20,000 nt of DNA. Origin: Thraustochytrium aureum (Eukaryota). Shown piece after piece: positions 1 to 9,235 of the stretch. The stretch lies in NCBI GenBank assembly GCA_012862495.1, contig BLSG01000345.1, forward strand, positions 44,583 through 64,582. The letters are read 5' to 3'. The translations under genes were made by a program, and so were the position numbers. The notes under the pieces are model-generated. The model had not been told where the DNA came from, ran no database searches, and saw nothing but the letters and a program-made list of their open reading frames with translations. How positions within the stretch are numbered: position 1 is the first letter of the stretch; the number at the start of each line of letters is the position of its first letter.

Positions 1-120
1 CGCCAACTTGCAGTGTGTGCTGGCACGTTCTGGTGCGCACGGCACTCTCACCTTTCTCTTAGAAGACTTGCTCTACACATCAGAAGCTAGAGTTTGACAG
101 CTGCCACCTTCTGGTCGGGG

Positions 121-3100
121 TCAGAGCTTGTCGACCGCCTTTGCTATCGAAAGCGTCGCTCGAAGTTGCCCAAAGTCGAGCGGAATGTCTGCAATCTCGT
201 GCACGCGCTGCTTGTAGTCGCGCTTGTCGCTGGGCGCCCCTGCATATCCAACTACTGCCCCACTGCGCTGGACGCGCGCTGCAGTCATGCGCTGCCGCAT
301 AGAGCCTTCTCGGCGAAACAGCGCCTGCGCCGCTGACGGTGGAGTTGGCGACCTTGAGAGAGACCCCTCGAATGACCTTGCAGTGGCCGACTTTATCGTC
401 GACGCTGCACTCTGATCGGCCAGCGCGCTAGCCGAGCTGCTCTCGTCGGGGGCATCGGCGTCAGCAGGAGCGGCTGTTGTAGCAGGAGCGGCAGCTCGAC
501 AAAGACTGGACCGCTCTTGGGCTTGCTCTCGCAACTGGGACCCAAACTCCGCCGCACTCGTTTCGGTCGTTTCTGGAGCCCTCTCAATTTCTTGCTTTGC
601 GGGGCCGTCTTCCCGCCCCGCCAAGACGGCCTCGACCTCCTGCGTTTGCAGAACGTGCTCGGCACGCTCAGCTAGTCTTGCGAGAATCTGTTCCCGGCGG
701 TAGTACAGCGAAATGGAACGCGGTGCACGCAAGTCCGCGTACGTCTGTTGCTCGTACAAAATACAGTGCTCTTTGTCAAAGGCGTCGACGGCGCACCAGG
801 TCTTTGCCTTCTTGCTGCAGCGGATGTAAAGCACCTTGTACGGAAGGCTGTCCGACGGGCCGCGGAAAATGCGGCCGATCTTCTCACTCAGGTCCGGCTC
901 CTTTAGCCAGAGACCGCTCTCGTTCCCCTTGAGAAAGTCCATGATGGGAACCACGCTTTCGCAGGTTTTCGCTGAGAGGCCATCCCACCCTTTGATCTCG
1001 TTGCGCACCTCGTCTTGACGCGTCACCGTGAGAAGCGCCACCACGGCCTTGGGGGAGCTGCATGTTGCGCCCAGACTGGTCGAAAACGGGCTTGGCGCTC
1101 TTCATCAGGTCGCTGTCGACCTTGATCCAGACCTCTCCCACGCTCGGAAAAGACTTGTATGCGCCTCTGTCCGAGTCCCTGCTCGGCGCCGCGTCCCGTC
1201 TTCGAAGGGCTGGCGCCGCGTCGATGGCGGCTGCAATAGCCTCGACATCGAGCTGGTTGAGAGTGTGCTTCTGTAGCGACCGGTAACTCTGCTCAGAAAA
1301 GCTCGCCAACCGCTCCAAGTTCCAGGGCGAGACCTGACCAAAGAGACCAACAGGCACGCCGGACAGGGTCCACATGCTCACGTTGCCATCAGTACAACTG
1401 CTCACCAGGAAGCTCTCTGCCAGCCGGTTGTTCTGAACGAAATCAACGGCTGTCACGCTCGCGTCGTGCGCCTTCCAATGCGCGCACGGCTGCAGAAACC
1501 TCTGCAGCAGTGTCGGCTCGACGATGTCCCACACGCGAATATTGCCGCCCTCGTCTCCGGTTGCGAGCATATCGTCCGACATGTCAGTGCAGATGGCCAG
1601 GACGGGCTCGGAGTTTAGGTTGGAAATGCTTCCAAGGTCCTGGACGTGACCAGTGGCCACGTCGACGGTGATTGCGGTCCCATCGCTCCGCGTCGCGACG
1701 AGAACGGAAAACCTGTTAACATACACGGAGGCTTCGATCCCGGCGGGGCCCAGGTCGTCAAAGCGGCGCGTGAGCTGGCCCGAACTCAGGCACCACAGCA
1801 CAATGCGACCGTCGTATCCGCCTGTAGCGAGAAGGTCTGGCGGCACAAATGAGACGGTCATGATGTCATCAACATGTCCCTTGTCGAGGTCGCGCTCGTG
1901 CTCCGGCATTCGGACGCAGTAGCCCTGCTCTTTCGCAGGGCTACTTCCGTCAGTCCACACGTAGACGCGGCGGTCCCACCCGACGCTGACGATGTACTTG
2001 TTCTTGATCGTTGAGTGGCCAGGGATGCGCGGAAGGACGTTGACGATGTGCGCGATTTTAGTCACCTCTGCGCAAGAAAAACGCGCTCCCCTCTCGGAGC
2101 GCGCCTTACGGTCGCCAATGTCTTGTTCGGACAAGCCCTGCGCACGTCCCTCGGTGTGCTTGCCAGGCTTTTGCGGCGTACGGCGCTGGTACTTGTTCCG
2201 CCGCCGAGAGCGCGGCACAGACCGGCTCGTTTCTGTGTTGCCGATGTTGAAGTGCTCGTCGTGGCGGGCCTCGCGCAGGGCCGCTTCGTCAGCGTCGTCT
2301 CTCGGAGCCTCAAGGGCGAGCGCGCGCGCTGCTGCGGCGCTCTCAGGAACCTTGAGCAGCGTCTTGAGCAAACACCCGTTGGAGAAGTTCCAAATCTTGA
2401 GGTCAGGCCCGTCGTGCGTCCCAGTGATGAGGCGGCGCCCCCCGTCGTCAAAGCAGAGCGCGGTGACGTTCAAAAGCGTCGATCCGCTGAGGAGAGAGTC
2501 GTCGCCCATCGACATGGTCTGCGAAATGTCGCTGGCCGCTTTGAGTGCGTCAACAGGCTCGCGCTGCGCCGGGTCCTCGGCGCAAACACTAATGCCTGCG
2601 GCGGCTGCTGTGAGCGCCGAGTTTTCTGCGGCCGCGGCAGCGAGCTTGCTAGAAGACATGTCAATCGTGTCGACCTGGCCATGGGAGTGGCGGAGCTGGA
2701 ACCGCGAGATGATGGTCCCGTTGTCCACATTCCAAATGCAGAGGTTGGCACGCTCGTCCACAGACACGACCTGGTGAAAGCTCTTGTTGTATAGCGCCCC
2801 AACAACGGGGCGAATGTGCGCCTGGGTGCAGACCTCAAGGTTCTCCTTGAGCGGGAAGATTTTCAGCTTGTTGCTGGCCGCTACTAAGGTTCGGTACTTT
2901 TTCACAAAGAGCATGCAAGTCACGGGCAAGTTCGAGGTCGCAGCGCCGCGGTTGACGCCAGTGGGGTCGGATCCAGCAAAGCTGATGGTTTGGATGCAGC
3001 GATGGTTTCGAACGTCCCAGACTTTGACCGTGTTGTCCGCGGAAAGCGAGACGAGCTGGCTGTTGCCTTCGTTGAAGCTGACCTTTATCACGCTGCTCGT

Positions 3101-4263
3101 GTGCCCCTGCAGTGTAGCGACGCTGCGGCGCGAGTACGGACTCCATATACGATGTGACGCTCAAGTCCGCAGGACGCTACGATCTTGTACGACGGGCTCC
3201 ACGCAAACGAGTAGACGGCTTTGGTGTGTTGCGAAAAGACGCGCTTGACGCGTCGCCGCTCCAAGTCGTACACCGTGATGTTGGCGTCTAACGACGCGAC
3301 GATAAGCGCGTTGAGGTCGGCCACGTATTCGACCTGCGTGATATGGTCTGTGTGCTTGTGCAAGTACAGGTGGTAAGCGCCGTGCCTATTTGGCTTGCTG
3401 AGGACATCCTCCCTCCCGTCATGCTCTAACGGAGGGGCCACTGCCGCCGCGGCGTTGGTGCGGCCGACGCGCGGGACGCTACGCTTCTCGCTTGGCGTAA
3501 GCGTGATTGCGGCATCGAGGCCAAGGCCCCAGGCCTTGTCATTCTGGAAGAAGACGCGCACCCCGCCAGTGTCGTCGCCGACAAGCAAGAGCTCTTTCTC
3601 CGCTCCAGCGTCGTGGTGGTATGCCAGGCACAGCGGAGCGGCGTGGCCGAAGCGCTCCATCGGGATTCGGCCGATCCGCTTCTTGTTGTCGACAGCGAGG
3701 TCGTAAAACGTGATCCCGTTATCGATGCTGCTAACTGCGAGCTTGTTGGAGTACGACATGTACGCGACGGCCGTGACCCAATCCTTTTTCTCGGTCGTTT
3801 CAAAGTGCCCTTGGTGCAGCAGGGTCGTTGGGTGCCATAGACGAACGGTGCCGTCCCTGCTCGCAGTGAGAAGCTGGTTGGACTTTTCCAGGAATAGGAG
3901 CGACCCCACCGGGTCGCGGTGATACGTCTTCACCGGGTTGTTCAGGTCGAAGATGTCATAGGTGGCTGGGAAGAAGCGAACCGCGGATTCCTCCTCTTCC
4001 TCGTCGCCGCGCTTCTCGTCGCTCTCTTGGTTGTCCAGAAACATAAAGTTAAGGAGCTCGTCCCAGTCCACGCTCCCGTCGCTGTTGGCGTCGATCTTCA
4101 TGAACAGGTGCGACAGCTGAATCCTGGAGAGGCCGTCGCCAAGGATGGACCCGAACGCGTCCACAAAGCTGCTCTCATCAAGCTCGCCGTCCGCCCCAAA
4201 CAGGTCTTGCAGCTTCCGCAGCGCCTCCAGGTCAATCTCTGACCTGCTAAAGTGCCTCGCCAT
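121..4263 (-). CDS. EF-hand + WD40-repeat protein, WDR49/WDR64/WDY-like (~1380 aa after correcting two compensating 1-nt frameshifts at ~3146-3148 and ~1051-1055)
   Basis: ATG at 4263 (MARHFSRSEIDL...). The EF-hand-like LFMKIDANSDGSVDWDELLNFM is followed by many WD repeats (LLTASRDGTVRLW, LVSLSADNTVKVWD, LATGGYDGRIVLW, LATGDEGGNIRVWD). Three ORF pieces join in order: ...CGLERHIV-x-WSPYSRRSVATLQGHTSSVIKV... and ...GRNMQLP-KAVVALLTV... Stop TGA at 121-123. The start could lie further upstream. Confidence 0.8.
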
Positions 4264-4471
4264 CGTGGAACGGCGCGCGCCGCTTGCTTCCTGGGCGGGC
4301 GCGCACCAGGTGCAGGCTCGTGGCCAAGCCCGCGGGCTGGGGTTTGGAGAGCTGCGCTCGCGACACTCCAGCGTCTCGTGCGCTGCGATGCTGTTCCGTG
4401 GATGGATGTAGAAGCTGTTGCTGGAGCTCGGTGGAGGGAGGTCTTCAACATCGTCGCCAACAACAATAGTG

Positions 4472-4643
4472 CCGTTGATGCTCGTACGGAATNNNNNNNN
4501 NNNNNNNNNNNNNNNNNNNNNNNNNNNNNNNNNNNNNNNNNNNNNNNNNNNNNNNNNNNNNNNNNNNNNNNNNNNNNNNNNNNNNNNNNNNNNNNNNNNN
4601 NNNNNNNNNNNNNNNNNNNNNNCCGTTGATGCTCGTACGGAAT
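4472..4643. repeat. 21-nt exact direct repeat (CCGTTGATGCTCGTACGGAAT) flanking the N-gap 4493-4622
   Basis: Identical 21-mers at 4472-4492 and 4623-4643 directly abut the two sides of the gap. Confidence 0.9.
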
Positions 4644-5049
4644 GGAAGCGGCGATAAATATGCCCTCCAACGCGCGAGCCGCGTGCGTGCGAGGCGTTGC
4701 GAGCGAGCGCGTGGCACACAGACCCAGGCCCCGCCCTCGAGGTCCGCAGAAAACGATAATGAAGCGAGTCTTGCCGCTGCTCCTGAGATGTCGGAAATGC
4801 CCCGAGCAGCATGCGACAGGCGCCAGGCCCAGTGCGCGACGTGTGCTTTTGCGGTCTTTTTTGAGCCTGTGAACGCGACCGCTGGGCAACACTTTCAGCT
4901 CGCCATGCCAGCGGCGACAAGGAGAGGAAGGAAGAAACGTTGCGCCCGGCCATGACCAGCCAGGACGTAGGTAAATAAGAAAGGAAATGGAAAACAACAT
5001 GGGACGGCGCACATCGAGGCCTCCGGCTCGCAATGCGCTGTGTTCTCGA

Positions 5050-8000
5050 TCAAGCAGCAACATCGTAAAGCGATGCGAACTGGGATGGGCGATGCGGACC
5101 CACGGAGAGCTGCTCGAGCGCACCAACGCCGACCGCCTCGGCGAGCGGCGCGTCGTCTGGGGCAGACTGGGCTTCGTAGAGCCGAGCAGTGACCTGCATC
5201 ATCTCCTGCACGTGCCAATTTTCGGGGCGAGCGCGGTCCTGCATTTGGGTCCGCAAGGCGTCGATCTGCATGACCAAGTCGCACTCCGGGTCGCTTGCGA
5301 AGTGGTGCGAAGCGCCGTGGCCCCAGGTTGGGTGGTTGTATCCGATGCCGCTCATGAAGAAGGGCAGACCAGTGGGCTGGAAAGTGAGCGTCACTCGGCG
5401 GCCGTCTTGCAGCGCGATGACAAGCGTCGCTGATTGTGCATGTCGCGTGCGCGGCAAGTACAGCACCGAGTGACCCGCCGCCTCGCAGCGACCGAATGGG
5501 GCATGGCCCTCTGCGCGGCTGGTACTGGCCCCAACTTGGCGCGCGCGGGGGAAGAAGGGGTTTGCGGCATCGTCGCGTTGACCATCGGCAGCACTTGCGG
5601 TTGCCAGACCCGGCGACAGGAAGGGGTCGCCGAAGATGTGCGCGGCACCATTCTGCAGCTTTCCGTCGGCGTCTTGCTGCGAGTGGTAGGTGACCGCGCC
5701 ATGGTCAAAGTGCACTAGGGTCCAGAGCCAATAAAACTGGGGGCAACGCGGAGCCCGAAGCAGGGGGTTGATCACGTGCTGCCGAACCTGCTTCTGGCCA
5801 ACGATTGCATTGCGCAGCCAGTTAGCCCTGGGCGACTTATCAGCCGGCGGGTGCGGGCGTGTGCCCCACGAGCGATCGCGCGAGCCCCGCCAGTCGATGA
5901 CGTCCACGTGCGCATCGCCAACAGAAATAAATCCGTCCCACGAGACGAGCTGCGTGAGGCGGTCGTAGTTGAACGACCCGACCGAGCCAAGCGAGACGTT
6001 GTATGGGGGCTCCATCGTCGGTGCGTAGCGGGCGTGGAAAGTCAGGTTGGCCTCGATCCGACCCGGCACGTGCACCTCAAGCTGCACGCGGCGCAAGGGC
6101 TCGAGCACGACGATCGAGATGGGCCCGACTTTGCTCTCTGCGGCGCAGGCCAGATCGCCGACCTTGCTGCTGTCCTCGGCGGGCCACTCGCGCGCCGCGA
6201 GGCGGCGGCTGGCGCGCACATTGTGCTGCACGCCGTCGAGGACAATGGAGAACGAGGCATCGACCACGCCGCGGCCAGGGTACACACCGAGAGCGGCAGC
6301 GAAGAAGACGCGGCCCCGCCTGTCGTAGCCGTTTAGGAACCAGCGGTCGTAGCAGTCGCGGCGACCCGTCCCTGGCGCTGGGCCAAAGCCCTCCNNNNNN
6401 NNNNNNNNNNNNNNNNNNNNNNNNNNNNNNNNNNNGTGGGCGAGGCGCTCGTCCTTTGCCGTCGCGCTACAGAGCATGACAGGCGCCTCGTCTTGCGCAC
6501 CGTGGCTGGCCGGGTCTTCCTCGCTGTCGGGACCGAGGACGTGGTCCTCGACGAGCCGATAGGTTGCGAGCTGGCCGCTCATGTAGCGCTGGTCGAGACG
6601 CTCGCGCAGGACCTCGTCCAGGACGGCGGCAGCGTCGACGCGCACCAGCGCTCGGACGCTGCGGGCCAGCATGGCCTCGCGAACCGCCTGCGCGCGCACG
6701 AGGCCCTCGGCCCCGATGCTCTCAGGCTGCATAACCGCGATCGGTATGAGGGTAGCCAGCAGCATGGAAAGGCGATAGTCGCGCCAACACTGATCTGGTC
6801 CGTACGCGGCGAGGGTGTTCTCGGGCAGGTTTTCGGCCAGGGTGGCGTAGTATCGCTCGACGAGGAGGCGGTCGCACCGCGCGCCCGCCTGCGGGTCCAC
6901 CTCAAGATCGATGCTGGCAAAGTAGGCAAGGTCGTACACGCCAGTGCCCTTCGTGCTCGTCTGCCAGTCGATGCTGAGCCACTTGATGCCACGTCGCTCG
7001 TACAGGTCGTCGAAGGCGAGGCCAGCGTGGCAGACGCGGTCCTCCTGGCCGACCTGCGCGGGCCAGAGCATGTTTTCCATGCGGCAGTCTGCGTGGATCA
7101 GTGTGAGCGGGCCGCTCTTCAGCTCGTCGAGGACGAGCGGGAGATTCTCCAGAAATGTGCGCAGCAGACGCTGCGTGTCGGCATTGACGAGGCGCGCGAA
7201 GCGCTCTTGCTGCATCATTTTGTGGAAAGCGGTGTGGACCAGGAGGTCGACCACGGTCTCGTTCAGGTTCATCCAGTCAAAGCAGCGGTGCCAGCCGAGG
7301 TTGTGCTTGTCATCGAGCTCGCGAAGGGACCTGCTCCAGTGGATCGAGTGGAAACGGGCGTAGCGCACCGCAACCGAGCAAGCCTGCTGCCAGGTGGCTC
7401 CGTGTATCTCGTTGCCGGGGACCATCGGCTGGGCGTCCTGCATCAGCAAGCAAAAGTCTGCAGTCCTGTCGTCATAGCACTCCGCGTAGGTTCTGGGAAC
7501 TTGGAGCATGATGCCGCGTGAAGGTTCCCAGCGGCGCAGCTTCGGCGCCACTTCCTTGTAGAAGCGCACCTCGCGCATGTAGAGCGCAATGGAGCGCATC
7601 TTGCACTTGATGGCCTCGTCGCGCGTGGGCAGCTTGGCCACCACCGACCTCGGCAAGAGCGGGTTGTCTTGCGCCTCGCCCTCGTACGCCAGGTGGACGC
7701 GCACCGTCTCACCGATGAAACCCTGCGGCCGCTCCGCGCCGGATTCCGCCTCCGCCCCGGCCGAGAGCGGGGTCACGCTGATGTTCGCCACAGCGAACGG
7801 GTGCTGTCCTTTGAGCAACGGGTGCGCTTCCAGTTGTCCGGCGACCCAGGCTGTCGAGATTTCGTCTGCAGCAGCTGGAAACTGCCGCCGCGCAAAAAGC
7901 GGGCCGCCCTCGAGACCGAGGCGCTTGCAGGCGATGGCCCACCCGCTCGTGAGCGCGAGCCAGGCGTGCCTGACGCCGACACCGACCAGCGAGTCGGGAT

Positions 8001-8121
8001 TGCAGGCGCCCCAAATGACGATCTGGGCGTGGCCAAGCAGGGCACACAGCCAGCGCATCGCCCGCTCGGATCGCCGGGCCTGTGCCTTGCAGCCGGTACA
8101 GCAGGCGCGAGAGCACCACAT
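5050..8121 (-). CDS. Fusion protein: APH/choline-kinase-like (EcKinase-type) phosphotransferase + C-terminal bacterial-type uncharacterised beta-rich domain (~1020 aa)
   Basis: Continuous frame across a 41-N gap (6395-6435). Kinase motifs: SVVAKLP, YMREVRFYKEVAP, TLIHADCRMENMLW (HxDxxxxN), IDWQ, YDLAYF. C-terminal domain: YDRWFLNGY...FFAAALGVYP...GSRDRSWG...FYWLW...FFMSGIGYNHPTWGHG...GALEQLSVGPH. Candidate ATGs at 8121 or 8058; a further exon could lie in or beyond gap 8165-8489. Confidence 0.8.
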   Translation of the reverse strand: MWCSRACCTGCKAQARRSERAMRWLCALLGHAQIVIWGACNPDSLVGVGVRHAWLALTSGWAIACKRLGLEGGPLFARRQFPAAADEISTAWVAGQLEAHPLLKGQHPFAVANISVTPLSAGAEAESGAERPQGFIGETVRVHLAYEGEAQDNPLLPRSVVAKLPTRDEAIKCKMRSIALYMREVRFYKEVAPKLRRWEPSRGIMLQVPRTYAECYDDRTADFCLLMQDAQPMVPGNEIHGATWQQACSVAVRYARFHSIHWSRSLRELDDKHNLGWHRCFDWMNLNETVVDLLVHTAFHKMMQQERFARLVNADTQRLLRTFLENLPLVLDELKSGPLTLIHADCRMENMLWPAQVGQEDRVCHAGLAFDDLYERRGIKWLSIDWQTSTKGTGVYDLAYFASIDLEVDPQAGARCDRLLVERYYATLAENLPENTLAAYGPDQCWRDYRLSMLLATLIPIAVMQPESIGAEGLVRAQAVREAMLARSVRALVRVDAAAVLDEVLRERLDQRYMSGQLATYRLVEDHVLGPDSEEDPASHGAQDEAPVMLCSATAKDERLAHXXXXXXXXXXXXXXEGFGPAPGTGRRDCYDRWFLNGYDRRGRVFFAAALGVYPGRGVVDASFSIVLDGVQHNVRASRRLAAREWPAEDSSKVGDLACAAESKVGPISIVVLEPLRRVQLEVHVPGRIEANLTFHARYAPTMEPPYNVSLGSVGSFNYDRLTQLVSWDGFISVGDAHVDVIDWRGSRDRSWGTRPHPPADKSPRANWLRNAIVGQKQVRQHVINPLLRAPRCPQFYWLWTLVHFDHGAVTYHSQQDADGKLQNGAAHIFGDPFLSPGLATASAADGQRDDAANPFFPRARQVGASTSRAEGHAPFGRCEAAGHSVLYLPRTRHAQSATLVIALQDGRRVTLTFQPTGLPFFMSGIGYNHPTWGHGASHHFASDPECDLVMQIDALRTQMQDRARPENWHVQEMMQVTARLYEAQSAPDDAPLAEAVGVGALEQLSVGPHRPSQFASLYDVAA

Positions 8122-8682
8122 AGCCGGCCCAGGTCCCGACCGCCCACTTGGCTTGCGCTCGTCGNNNNNNNNNNNNNNNNNNNNNNNNNNNNNNNNNNNN
8201 NNNNNNNNNNNNNNNNNNNNNNNNNNNNNNNNNNNNNNNNNNNNNNNNNNNNNNNNNNNNNNNNNNNNNNNNNNNNNNNNNNNNNNNNNNNNNNNNNNNN
8301 NNNNNNNNNNNNNNNNNNNNNNNNNNNNNNNNNNNNNNNNNNNNNNNNNNNNNNNNNNNNNNNNNNNNNNNNNNNNNNNNNNNNNNNNNNNNNNNNNNNN
8401 NNNNNNNNNNNNNNNNNNNNNNNNNNNNNNNNNNNNNNNNNNNNNNNNNNNNNNNNNNNNNNNNNNNNNNNNNNNNNNNNNNNNNNNNNCTGCTCCAAGG
8501 GGGTCGGGCTCCTGCGCTGCTCGCCCGCCTCTCCTGCGGCTCGTTCGGGCTCTGCTCCGCCCGCGCTCGAGGCACCCTTCACGTCCCACCGATCGATCAT
8601 TGGGATCATCTCTGCGAGTGATCATGCGTGTGTCTGCGTTTCCCTCTTGACATTCTATATTTTATCCCTGGATTTTCGGAGA

Positions 8683-8772
8683 CCGTGCCTGAACCTCCTT
8701 CCCTGAGCGCTCATCAGCAACCTGTGACACCTGAACCTGAACCAAGGCTTGCCTGAACGCCCGTGCCTGAAC
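8683..8772. repeat. Cluster of five CCTGAAC motifs upstream of the kinase-fusion gene
   Basis: CCTGAAC at 8688, 8730, 8736, 8752 and 8766. CCGTGCCTGAAC occurs twice (8683, 8761). Palindrome TGAGCGCTCA at 8704-8713. Confidence 0.75.
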
Positions 8773-9235
8773 GCTGAGAACCGGTTGGGTCGGGGTTCGG
8801 ACTCCAGGTAGAGTAGGCCCACAGAGATAGTACTAATCTACCTGGCCGGCCTACTCGTGTCTGATGAGACTCGAGGACCTCGAGGACTTGGAGTACGAGA
8901 ACCTCCCTCTCCTCTCCGCTGGGCGCTGGGGCGGCTGGGCAGGCGCTTCAGTAGAGCGCGACGCTGCAGCGGAGAGGCCGTCGGACGGATCAGGCGCTTG
9001 ACTTAGCGGCGGAAGGTCATCGCTTGCTACGGCCGCGGCCGCTCGCTCTTGCGGCTGCTGCGCCCAATGTAATGTAGATTTTTTTAGCGCACGACGTTGG
9101 TGTTGGTGTGGTGCCGACTCGGAGCTGACCAGAACGAAACACGTACGTGTTGTGGCGTGGAAAACGAACTGACCAAGTAGATGCCATGAATGCAGGGCAA
9201 ACCGCAGAGCTCGGCCGCTGGTCTCGCGCGAGTCA

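Noticed and set aside
1992..2794. Long plus-strand ORFs (261 and 259 aa), and similarly 6436-7521, 12114-13001, 13116-14252 and 18353-19156
   Set aside because: Antisense shadow ORFs of GC-rich real genes; no recognisable motifs.
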